Below are positions 1-11,887 of a stretch of 64,000 nt of DNA, in pieces (position 1 is the first letter of the stretch; every line of letters starts with the position of its first letter). The notes beneath the pieces are model-generated. The model ran no database searches. It was given only the letters and a program-made list of their open reading frames with translations, and was not told the origin of the DNA. The DNA comes from an uncultured Gemmatimonadaceae bacterium (GTDB taxonomy: Bacteria; Gemmatimonadota; Gemmatimonadetes; Gemmatimonadales; Gemmatimonadaceae): positions 199,072 through 263,071 of the forward strand of contig CAWJMB010000003.1 of assembly GCA_963843845.1 (NCBI GenBank), read 5' to 3'. The position numbers and the translations under genes are program-made.

Positions 1-1805
<1,805 letters not shown>

Positions 1806-1910
1806 AATCACGAATGCCAGCGCATGTTCCGCCGCCACGGAAACCGAAGCACGCTCCGTGGCTCGTGTTCACCGCCGTCCTCCTCCCCCCTCCCGCGCCT
1901 TGGGGTATCC

Positions 1911-2730
1911 CATGAGCGACGCACGACGCCGGCGCGACCTCTCGACCAGCCCTGATAGCGGTGCGGCGCTCACCCTCGCGCGCACCGTCGAGCACGAGCT
2001 GGTGCCGCGCCTGCTCCTCGCCCACCGCGTCGGGCCGCACGCGCCGCGGCAGACCGCGCTCGCCGTCGAGATGGTCTCGGCGGCCGACCTCGACAGCTAT
2101 CTCTCGCTCGTGCTGACCGGCGGCGACGACGCGAACGACCGCTTCGTGAGCGCGCTGATCGACCGCGGCGCGACGGTCGACGCCGTCTTCCTCGATCTCA
2201 TCGCGCCGACGGCGCGCACGCTCGGCGACCGGTGGTCCGAGGACAGCTGCGACTTCGTGGAGGTCACGTTCGCGCTCGGGCGGCTGCAGCGGGCCTTGCG
2301 GCTGCTGTCGCACGCGTTCGCGGCGCCTGCCACGACGGCGACCGCCGGGCGCCTGCTCCTCTCGAGTGTGCCCGGCGAGCAGCACACGCTCGGGCTGCTG
2401 ATGGTCGGCGAGTTCCTCATCCGCGAGGGGTGGGAGGTGACGATCGCCTTCCCGCACGATCGCAAGCGCCCCCACGATCTCGCCCGCGCCGAGTCGTACG
2501 ACGTCGTCGCATTCTCGGCGTCGTGCGACAGCAGCTTGCCGCACCTGCGGCGCGAGATCGCCGACGTGCGCCGCTACTCCCGGAACCCCCGCGTGGGTAT
2601 CATGGTCGGTGGGCGGTGCTTCGTCGAGCACCCCGAGCTCGTCGCGCGGGTCGGCGGCGACATGACCGCCACCGACGGCCGCGCGGCACCCGACCAGGCT
2701 CGCGCGCTCGTCACCGCCATGCACAGCTGA
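1911..2730 (+). CDS. ppaA: Cobalamin-binding antirepressor PpaA/AerR
   Basis: B12-binding domain with PGEQHTLGL (ExHxxG), LGDRWSEDSCDFVEVT and IMVGG. Sits directly upstream of ppsR and divergent from bchF. ATG start at 1911 is inferred. Confidence 0.85.
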
Positions 2731-2741
2731 AGACGTCTCGG

Positions 2742-4244
2742 ATGGCGACGAAGAAGTGGACGCGACCTGTGACGGCGGCGGGCGCCTCGGGCGACCTGGG
2801 CGCCGCGAGCGCCGCCGACGTCGAGCTGGCGCAGGCCATCGTGTCGCTCGACGGCGAGGCGGCCGCCGGCATCGTCGCGGCGATCAGCGACGTCGCCATC
2901 GTCGTCGACGCGCAGGGCACGATCCGCTCGGCGCGGGCAGGGAACAACGAAGCGCTGTCGCGCGCCATCGTGTCGTGGGTCGGGCGCCGGTGGGTCGACA
3001 CGGTCACCTCCGAGACGCGCAGCAAGATCGACCTGCTGCTGCGTGACGCCGCGGCCGGTGGAAGCTCGCCGCGCCGCCAGGTCAACCACATCACCGCCGA
3101 AGGCGACGACCTGCCGGTGTCGTACGCGGCGGTCCGACTCGCGCAGGACGGGATGGTGCTCGCCGCCGGCCGCGACCTGCGCGCCGTCTCGGTGCTGCAG
3201 AAGCGGCTCGTCGAGACGCAGCAGGCGATGGAGCGCGACTACTGGAAGCTGCGCAGCGTCGAGACGCGCTACCGCCTGCTCTTCCAGCTCTCCGACGAAG
3301 CGGTGCTCATCGTCGATGCCGGCACGCGCCAGATCGTCGACGCGAACGCCGCCGCGCTGCGGGCGCTCGACCTGCCAGCGGAGCGGCTGCTCGGACAGCC
3401 GTTCCCGGTCGGCGTCGACGCCGCCGCCGCGGCGACGCTCGGCGAACTGCTCGGACGGACGCGGGCGGCCGGGCGCGCGGAGCCGGTCATCGTCGAGCTG
3501 CAGAACGGCCGCGAGATGCGCGCATCGGCGTCGTTCTTCCGACAGGACTCGGCGACGATGTTCCTCGTGCGCCTCGTGCCGGTCGGCGACGACTGGGCGC
3601 CGTCGGGCGTCGGCGCGTCGGTCTCCGAGCTGCTCGCGAACGCGCCCGACGGGTTCGTCGTCACCACGCTCGCCGGCGACGTGCTCCAGGCGAACCAGAC
3701 GTTCCTCGACATCGCGCAGATCGGCTCCGAGGAGCACGCGCGCGGCCGCTCGATCAGCGAGTGGATCGGCCGGCCGGGCGCGGACCTCGGCGTCATGCTC
3801 GAGACGCTGCGGCAGCATGGGGTCGTGCGACTGCTCGCGACGACGGCGCACGGCGAACATGGCAACGCCACCGAGGTCGAAGTCTCCGCGGTGTGGGCGC
3901 CCGACGCCCCGCAGCCGTGCATCGGCTTCCTCGTCCGCGACATCGGGCGGCGCGTGGCGATGGGCGCGCAGGGCGCGCGCGACCTCACGCGCGCCGTCGA
4001 GCAGCTCACCGACCTCGTCGGGCGCACGTCGCTGCCAGATCTGCTGCGCGACACGGTCGACCTCGTGGAGCGCCACTTCATCGAGGCCGCACTCGAACTG
4101 ACGCACGACAACCGAACGGCGGCGGCGGAGGTGCTCGGGCTCAGCCGCCAGAGCCTGTACGTCAAGCTGCGACGATACCATCTGCTCGCCCCGACGGACG
4201 ACGGCGACACCGACGGGTCGTCTCGAGAGTCGCGGCACACCTGA
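2742..4244 (+). CDS. ppsR: Photosynthesis transcriptional regulator PpsR/CrtJ
   Basis: PAS repeats, the Q-linker QQAMERDYWKLRSVETRYRLLF, and a C-terminal Fis-type HTH IEAALELTHDNRTAAAEVLGLSRQSLYVKLRRY. ATG start at 2742. Confidence 0.93.
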   Translation: MATKKWTRPVTAAGASGDLGAASAADVELAQAIVSLDGEAAAGIVAAISDVAIVVDAQGTIRSARAGNNEALSRAIVSWVGRRWVDTVTSETRSKIDLLLRDAAAGGSSPRRQVNHITAEGDDLPVSYAAVRLAQDGMVLAAGRDLRAVSVLQKRLVETQQAMERDYWKLRSVETRYRLLFQLSDEAVLIVDAGTRQIVDANAAALRALDLPAERLLGQPFPVGVDAAAAATLGELLGRTRAAGRAEPVIVELQNGREMRASASFFRQDSATMFLVRLVPVGDDWAPSGVGASVSELLANAPDGFVVTTLAGDVLQANQTFLDIAQIGSEEHARGRSISEWIGRPGADLGVMLETLRQHGVVRLLATTAHGEHGNATEVEVSAVWAPDAPQPCIGFLVRDIGRRVAMGAQGARDLTRAVEQLTDLVGRTSLPDLLRDTVDLVERHFIEAALELTHDNRTAAAEVLGLSRQSLYVKLRRYHLLAPTDDGDTDGSSRESRHT

Positions 4245-4285
4245 CCGATCGACGGCGCCACCCGGCGCCGATTCGTACCTCCGAC

Positions 4286-4303
4286 TGTAAATCAAACTTG
4301 ACG
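4286..4303. promoter_or_regulatory. PpsR-type box immediately upstream of bchG
   Basis: TGTAAA-TCAAAC-TTGACG, an AT-rich patch 3 nt before the bchG ATG at 4307. It shares the right arm of the 1772-1805 boxes. Confidence 0.7.
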
Positions 4304-4306
4304 GTC

Positions 4307-5222
4307 ATGGGCGTCACGCTATCATTGCACTCGGGGTCACGACGGCTCCGGCCGGCGGTGGTGCTCGAGCTGCTGAAGCCGATCACCTGGTTTCCGCCGA
4401 TGTGGGCGTTCGCCTGCGGCGCCGTGTCCGCGGGAGGGGCGCTGCGCGAGCGGTGGCCGGTGGTGCTCGTCGGGGTGCTCGTCGCAGGGCCGCTCGTGTG
4501 CGGCGCCAGCCAAGCGGTGAACGACTGGTTCGATCGTGAGGTGGACGCGGTGAACGAGCCTCGCCGGCCCATACCGTCGGGACGTCTTCCCGGCCGCAGC
4601 GGCCTCGCCGTGGCGGTCGGATGGTCGCTGCTGTCGCTCGCCGCCGGCGCGCTCCTCGGCGTGCGCGGCTTCCTCGCGACGCTCGCCGCCGTCGCGCTGG
4701 CGTGGGCGTACAGCGCGCCGCCGCTCCGTCTCAAGGCCAACGGCTGGTTCGGGAACGCCGCCGTCGGCCTGTCCTACGAGACGCTCGCCTGGATCACCGG
4801 CGCGATCGTCGCGAGCGGCGGCCGCACCCCGGTGACCACCATCGCCCTCGTCGCGCTCCTCTACGGCCTCGGCGCGCACGGCATCCTCACGCTGAACGAT
4901 TTCAAGGCGATCGAGGGGACTGCGCTTCGGCGTGCGGTCGCTCCCCGTGCAGCTCGGCGTGCAGCGCGCGGGGCAGGTCGCGTGCGCCGTGATGCTCGTG
5001 CCGCAGCTCGTCGTCGTCGCGCTGCTGGTCTCACTCGGCGCCACGGGCTCGGCGGCGCTCCTCGCGGCGATCGTCGCGCTGCAGTTGCCGCTCATGCGCC
5101 GCTTCCTCGGCGCGGTGCGCGAGCGGGCGCTCTGGTACAGCGCGGTCGGCGTGCCGGTCTACGTGACCGGCATGATGATCAGCGCCGTCGCCCTGCGACA
5201 TACCGGAGTGATGGCGACGTGA
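4307..5222 (+). CDS. bchG: Bacteriochlorophyll synthase (one apparent frameshift near 4918)
   Basis: ELLKPITWFPPMWAFACG, NDWFDREVDAVNEPRRPIPSG, YSAPPLRLK, LNDFKAIEG. The protein continues in another frame as VRSLPVQLG...LWYSAVGVPVYVTGMMISA to the stop at 5222. Confidence 0.92.
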
Positions 5223-6598
5223 CGCGCGACGTGACGCGCGACGTGTCGTGGGGGCGCGTCGTCCGCCTCGGGCTCGTGCAGCTCGCCATCGGCGCCGTCG
5301 CGGCGCTGCTCACGTCGGTGCTGAACCGCGTGATGGTCGTCGAACTCGGCCTTCCCGCCACCGTGCCGAGCGCGCTGGTCGCGATGCACTTCGCGGTGCA
5401 GATGCTGCGCGCGCCGATGGGGCACGCGTCGGACCTCGGCGGGCGGCGGCGCTGGATCTTCGGCGGCGCGGTGGGGCTCGCCGCGGGCGCGACGCTCGCC
5501 GCATTCGGACTCTCGGTCGCCGTGGCGGATCGCGCGCCGGGCCTCGCGCTCGCCGCGGTCGGCGTCGCACTGATCGGGCTCGGCATGAGCGCGTCGGGGA
5601 CGGCGTTGCTCGCCGAAATCGCGGACGTCGTCGCACCGGAGCGGCTCGGGCGCGCGGCGGCGCTGCTGTGGGTCATGATGCTCGTCGGGATCGTCGCGAC
5701 GGCCGGCGGAGCGGGAGCGGTGCTCGACCCGTTCACGTTCCGGCAGCTCGTGCACGTCTGCGCGGCGGTCGGCGTCATCGGTCTCGTCTTCGCCGCCGTC
5801 GCAGCGACGGGCGCGCGCGCCGTGCCGAAGGCGACGCCGAGCGGAGCGCGGATCGGAGTGCCGCACGCGCCCGTCGCGGGCGCGCCCGAGCCGTCGTTCC
5901 GCGAGGCCGTCCAGGCCGTCTGGAGCGATCCGACGACGCGCGGCTTCGCGACGTTCGTGTTCGCCGCGATGCTCGCGTTCAGCATGCAGGACCTCATCCT
6001 CGAGCCCTACGCGGGGATCGTGTTCAACCTCTCGCCCGGCGCGTCGACGCGGCTCGGCGGGACGCAGCATGCCGGCGTGCTCGTCGGGCTCGTCGGCGCG
6101 GCGCTGCTCAGCGCGCGGGTCGGCACGCTGCGCGCGTGGGCGGTCGGCGGATGCGCGGCGAGTGGGCTCGCGCTGTTCGCGCTCGCGACGACGCCGGCGT
6201 CGGGATCGCTCGCCGTGCTGCGCGTCGCGGTGTTCGCGCTCGGCCTCGCGAACGGCGCATTCGCGGTCGGCGCGTTGGGCGCGATGATGGCCATCACCGC
6301 AGGCGACCGCGCGGCCGACGGCTCGTCGCGTGCCGGACTCCGCGTCGGCGTCTTCGGCGCGGCGCAGGCGATCGCGTACGGACTCGGCGGGCTGCTCGGC
6401 GGCGTGCTGAGCGACGTCGCGCGCGCGGCGTCAGGGTCGGCTGCGCGCGGGTATGGCGTGGTGTTCATGATCGAAGGGGTGCTGTTCATCGCGGCCGCCT
6501 GGATGGCCGCGCGCAGCACGCCCGATGTCGGTCCCTCTTCCCGCGGCGTGGCGCAGTCCGACGCGCACGGCGCCGCGCTCCTCGCAGCGATCCGCTGA
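5219..6598 (+). CDS. pucC: PucC-family (BCD) MFS protein (the 'bch2' position of bchG-bch2-bchP)
   Basis: RLGLVQLAIGA...LNRVMVVELGLPA, GHASD, FSMQDLILEPYAG, GVFGAAQAIAYG. GTG start overlaps the bchG stop. Confidence 0.88.
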   Translation: MTRDVTRDVSWGRVVRLGLVQLAIGAVAALLTSVLNRVMVVELGLPATVPSALVAMHFAVQMLRAPMGHASDLGGRRRWIFGGAVGLAAGATLAAFGLSVAVADRAPGLALAAVGVALIGLGMSASGTALLAEIADVVAPERLGRAAALLWVMMLVGIVATAGGAGAVLDPFTFRQLVHVCAAVGVIGLVFAAVAATGARAVPKATPSGARIGVPHAPVAGAPEPSFREAVQAVWSDPTTRGFATFVFAAMLAFSMQDLILEPYAGIVFNLSPGASTRLGGTQHAGVLVGLVGAALLSARVGTLRAWAVGGCAASGLALFALATTPASGSLAVLRVAVFALGLANGAFAVGALGAMMAITAGDRAADGSSRAGLRVGVFGAAQAIAYGLGGLLGGVLSDVARAASGSAARGYGVVFMIEGVLFIAAAWMAARSTPDVGPSSRGVAQSDAHGAALLAAIR

Positions 6599-6609
6599 CG
6601 AACTCGCCT

Positions 6610-7827
6610 ATGTCTTCCCTGCCGAACGCCCGCCCGCTCGACCGCTTCGACGCCGTCGTCGTGGGCGGCGGCCCCGCCGGCGCGACTGCCGCGCACGAGC
6701 TGGCTCGCCGTGGGTGGAGCGTGCTCCTGCTCGACCGTCAGGGCCGCACGAAGCCGTGCGGCGGTGCCGTGCCGCCACAGTTGCTCCGCGACTTCGACGT
6801 GCCCGAATCGGTGCTCGTCGCGCGCATCGACGAGGCGCGCATGGTCTCGCCGCGCGGCAAGCAGGTCGACATCCCGGTCGGTGACGGCTTCGTCGGGATG
6901 GTCGACCGCGGGTCGTTCGACGAATGGCTCCGCACCCGCGCCGCCGGCGCCGGTGCGGAGCGCCGCACGGGGATCTTCAAGAGCCTCGAGTACGTCGCCG
7001 ACGGCGCCGTCGTGCGCTACACCGACGGCTCGTCGCGCGGCGGCGGCGAGGCCGCGGTGCACAGCCGGTTCGTCGTCGGCGCGGACGGCGCGCTGTCCGC
7101 CGTCGCGCGCGCCACCATCTCGTGCGCCGACCAGGCGAAGCACGTCTTCGCGTATCACGAGATCGTCGCGAGCCCCGCGCCCGAGGTCGCGCCGCCAGGC
7201 TTCCACGCGGCGCGGTGCGACGTGTGGTATCAGGGCGATCTGTCGCCCGACTTCTACGGCTGGGTGTTCCCGCACGGCCCGGTCACGAGCGTCGGCACGG
7301 GGAGCTTGCAGAAGGGCTACTCGCTGCGCGAAGGGGTGCGCATCCTGCGCGAGCGCGCCGGCCTCACGGATGTCGAGACGATCAAGCGCGAGGGCGCGCC
7401 GATTCCGATCCGCCCGCTGCCGCGCTGGGACGACGGCCGCGCGGTCGTGCTCGCGGGCGACGCGGCGGGGGTCGTCGCGCCGGCGTCCGGCGAGGGGATC
7501 TTCTACGCGATGACCGGCGGGCGGCTCGCCGCGGATGCCGTCGACACGGCGCTCACGACTGGCGACGTGCGCGCGCTCAAGACGGCGCGCAAGCGCTTCC
7601 TCAGCGCGCACGGTCAGGTGTTCCGCATGCTCGGCATCATGCAGCGCTTCTGGTACTCGAGCGACAACCGGCGCGAGCGGTTCGTCGCGATCTGCCGCGA
7701 CCGCGACGTGCAGCAGCTCACGTTCGACGCCTACATGCACAAGCGGCTCGTCCGCGCGAAGCCGATCGCCCACATGCGCATCTTCGCCAAGAACATCGCC
7801 CACCTGTTAGGCGCGGTGCCGGCATGA
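6610..7827 (+). CDS. bchP: Geranylgeranyl diphosphate reductase
   Basis: VVVGGGPAGA, KPCGGAVP, SPDFYGWVFPHG, LAGDAAGVVAPASGEGIFYAM. Confidence 0.95.
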   Translation: MSSLPNARPLDRFDAVVVGGGPAGATAAHELARRGWSVLLLDRQGRTKPCGGAVPPQLLRDFDVPESVLVARIDEARMVSPRGKQVDIPVGDGFVGMVDRGSFDEWLRTRAAGAGAERRTGIFKSLEYVADGAVVRYTDGSSRGGGEAAVHSRFVVGADGALSAVARATISCADQAKHVFAYHEIVASPAPEVAPPGFHAARCDVWYQGDLSPDFYGWVFPHGPVTSVGTGSLQKGYSLREGVRILRERAGLTDVETIKREGAPIPIRPLPRWDDGRAVVLAGDAAGVVAPASGEGIFYAMTGGRLAADAVDTALTTGDVRALKTARKRFLSAHGQVFRMLGIMQRFWYSSDNRRERFVAICRDRDVQQLTFDAYMHKRLVRAKPIAHMRIFAKNIAHLLGAVPA

Positions 7828-7837
7828 GGACGTCCGC

Positions 7838-9160
7838 ATGTTGATCTCGCTCGCGGTCGACTACCACCACGCGGACCTCGCGACCCGCGAACGGTTCCAC
7901 CTCACGCCCGCGCGGCTCGACCGCCTGTACGCGCTCGCGCAGGGGGAGACGGAGATCGTCGCCATCGCGACGTGCAACCGGAGCGAGGCGTACGCGTGGA
8001 TCGGCGGGCAGCAGCGCCTGACCGAGGCGACGTGGCGCCTGTTCGCGCGGAGCTGGATGGGCGACGCCGGCGCGTCGAAGCTGCTCGCGGTCGCCGTGCG
8101 GCGCACCGGTGTCGAGGCCGCGCGGCACCTCTTCCGCGTCGCGTCGGGGATCGAGTCGCAGGTGTTGGGCGACGGTCAACTGCTCGGTCAGTTGCGCGAC
8201 GCGTACGCGCTCGCCGGGCTGCGCGGCGGCCCGCGCTCGATGGTCCGACGCCTCGTCGAGCAGGCGCTCCACGTCGGACGGCGGGTGCGCAAGGAGACGC
8301 AGCTCGCGAGCGGTCGGCAGTCGATCGGCGCCGAGGCGGCGAGGCTCGCCGCTCAGCGGTTCGGCTCGTCGATCGGGCGCGCGCGAGCGGTCGTCGTCGG
8401 CTGCGGAAAGACTGGCGAGCGCGTCGCGCGGCAGCTCGTGAAGCTCGGGGTCACCGACATCGTGCTCACGAACCGGACCCCCGACCGGGCGCAGCGACTC
8501 GCCACGCTGCTGCGTGGACGCGCCGCGCCGATCGACGCGCTGTACGCCGAGCTGGCGATGGCCGACGTCGCGGTGTTCGCCACCGCGTCGCCGGAGGCGG
8601 TGCTCTATGCCGATCCGCTCGTCGCGATGCGGCGGCGCTGCGAGACCGAGCGCTACCCGCTGCTCCTCATCGACATCTCGCTGCCGCGCAACATCGACGC
8701 GTCGGTCGCGCACATCCCGAACGTGGTCGTCGCGGACCTCGACGCGCTGCAGCCGGCGCTCGTCGCCGGCGAGCGCGACCGGCGTGACGCCGTGCCCCTC
8801 GCCGAGGCGATCGTCGAGGAAGAGCTGCGGCAGTTCGAGGCGTGGCTGACGGCGGCGCCGGTGCGCGCCGCCCTCGGGCCGCTCCGCCGCGAGCTGCGCG
8901 ACATCTGTCGCCGGGAGGTCGCGTACATCACTGCCCACGGCCACGGGCTCGCGGACGAATCGGAGGACGCGATCGCCGAGCGCACGGCGGACCGCATCGT
9001 CGCGAAGCTGCTCGCGCGGCCGATGATCGAGCTGCGCGGCGCGATGCTTCGCGGCGAGCCAGTCGAAGATCTCGTCTCGACGCTCACGCGCCTGTTCCCT
9101 CCCGGCGCGCTCGACGGCGCGCGCCTGGCCCCGCTGACGACGGTCGCCGCGCGCGACTGA
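7838..9160 (+). CDS. hemA: Glutamyl-tRNA reductase
   Basis: Catalytic [32 protein letters not shown]-binding [11 protein letters not shown], and DISLPRNID. Confidence 0.9.
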   Translation: MLISLAVDYHHADLATRERFHLTPARLDRLYALAQGETEIVAIATCNRSEAYAWIGGQQRLTEATWRLFARSWMGDAGASKLLAVAVRRTGVEAARHLFRVASGIESQVLGDGQLLGQLRDAYALAGLRGGPRSMVRRLVEQALHVGRRVRKETQLASGRQSIGAEAARLAAQRFGSSIGRARAVVVGCGKTGERVARQLVKLGVTDIVLTNRTPDRAQRLATLLRGRAAPIDALYAELAMADVAVFATASPEAVLYADPLVAMRRRCETERYPLLLIDISLPRNIDASVAHIPNVVVADLDALQPALVAGERDRRDAVPLAEAIVEEELRQFEAWLTAAPVRAALGPLRRELRDICRREVAYITAHGHGLADESEDAIAERTADRIVAKLLARPMIELRGAMLRGEPVEDLVSTLTRLFPPGALDGARLAPLTTVAARD

Positions 9161-9183
9161 GTCGAAACGACGCACTGGAGTCG

Positions 9184-10189
<1,006 letters not shown>

Positions 10190-10192
10190 TGG

Positions 10193-11719
10193 ATGAGCAG
10201 CAGCGGTAGGCACGCGCCGCCGGGCCGGTCGGGTACGTCGCACGGCGCCGGGCCGCGCGTCGTCGTCGTCGGCGGCGGGATCACCGGACTCTCGGCGGCG
10301 TTCCGGCTCGCGCGGTCGGGCGCGCGCGTGACGGTGCTCGAGCGCGACGCGCGCGTGGGCGGCGTGATCGCGACGCACCGCAGCGACGGGTACGTGCTGG
10401 AGGAAGGGCCCATGACGGTGCTCCCGGCGCCGCCGCTCCTCGCGCTCGTGCGCGACCTCGGCCTCGAGGGCGCCGTCATCGCGCCGCGGCCGACGAGCCG
10501 CCGCCGCTACGTCGCGCGCGACGGGCGCCTGCACGTCGTCCCGACGTCGCCCGCACAGTTCGTCGCAACGCGCCTCCTCTCGCTCGGCGGGAAGGTGCGC
10601 CTCGTCAGCGAGCCGTTGCGGCGGCGCGGCGGGCACGACGTGGAGACGGCGGCGGCCTTCGCCGAGCGCCGGTTCGGGACAGAGGTGCGCGACTATCTCG
10701 TCGCGCCGTTCCTCCAGGGGGTGTACGCCGGCGAGGCCGACCGGCTCGGCGCGCGCCACGTGTTCCGGCGGCTCGTCGAGTTCGAGCGGCAGGGCGGCTC
10801 GGTACTGCGAGGCGCGGTGCGCGCGATGCGGCGGGCGCATGCCGAGCGGAAGCACGCGGCGCACGGCGCGGACCTCGCGCGCGTCGCCGCCGCGGCACCG
10901 GCGCCGATGTCGTTTCCGCGCGGGCTCGGCACGCTCACACACGCGCTGCGTGACGCGTTAGGCAGCCGCGTGACGTGCGGCGCGGCGGTCGAGCGCGTGC
11001 GGCGCACGGACGACGGCGCGTGGCAGCTCGAGATGGTGCAACACGGTCGCGCCCGCACGCTCGCCGCGGACGGCGTGGTGCTCGCACTGCCGGCGCCGGC
11101 GCTGCTCGCGATCGACATGCCCTCCGCGATGCGCGACGCGCTCGCGCCGGTCGCCGCGGTGCCGCACGCGACGGTCGCGACGCTCTCGCTCGCATTCCGC
11201 CGCGACGACGTCGCGTCGCCGCTCGACGGGTTCGGCGTGCTGCTGCCGCCAATCGAGGAGCACGCGCTGCTCGGCGTGCTGTTCGCGTCGTCGCTGTTCG
11301 ACGGACGCTGCCCGCCCGATCAGGTGCTGCTGACGTGCTTCGCGGGCGGCACCCGGCGTCCGGAGTTCGGGGCGTTGGGCGCCGACGCCCTGCTCGCGGC
11401 CGCGCGGCGCGACCTGGAGACGCTGTTCGGCGTGCGTGGCGAGCCGCTGCTCGTGCGGCACGCGCAGCACTGGAACGGCATCCCGCAGTACGGCGTCGAC
11501 CACGAGTGCGTGACTGCGGCGGCCGAGTCCGTGGAGCGGACCTGGCCGGGGCTCGCGCTCACGGGCGCGTGGCGCGAGGGCGTCTCGGTCGGCGACTGCG
11601 TCGCGGCGGGCGCGCGGGCGGCAGAGCGGATCGGCGCGGTGCGGTCGGCGCTCGGCGAGTTCACGCTGCCGCGGGCGCGTGAGACGATGGCGGAGAGCGG
11701 CGTGGCCGTCGGCGCGTAG
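10193..11719 (+). CDS. hemY: FAD-dependent protoporphyrinogen oxidase (HemY family)
   Basis: VVVGGGITGLSAA, E...VGGVI, EEGP, GVYAG, GFGVL, FASSLFDGRCP, GIPQY, GVSVGDCV. Confidence 0.9.
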   Translation: MSSSGRHAPPGRSGTSHGAGPRVVVVGGGITGLSAAFRLARSGARVTVLERDARVGGVIATHRSDGYVLEEGPMTVLPAPPLLALVRDLGLEGAVIAPRPTSRRRYVARDGRLHVVPTSPAQFVATRLLSLGGKVRLVSEPLRRRGGHDVETAAAFAERRFGTEVRDYLVAPFLQGVYAGEADRLGARHVFRRLVEFERQGGSVLRGAVRAMRRAHAERKHAAHGADLARVAAAAPAPMSFPRGLGTLTHALRDALGSRVTCGAAVERVRRTDDGAWQLEMVQHGRARTLAADGVVLALPAPALLAIDMPSAMRDALAPVAAVPHATVATLSLAFRRDDVASPLDGFGVLLPPIEEHALLGVLFASSLFDGRCPPDQVLLTCFAGGTRRPEFGALGADALLAAARRDLETLFGVRGEPLLVRHAQHWNGIPQYGVDHECVTAAAESVERTWPGLALTGAWREGVSVGDCVAAGARAAERIGAVRSALGEFTLPRARETMAESGVAVGA

Positions 11720-11887
11720 CGGGCAGGGGGGCGATCGGTGGCTTAATTTGCTGAAGCATTCCGATCGTGGTCTCGCCATTCGACCGGAGGAGAGGCCGCA
11801 GTGTCGAGCGTTCGACGCCGCGCGCCGTCGACGGGTGAGAGGGTCGTTTCACGATGCGGATGGTCACCAACAGTCACCGCGATCACG

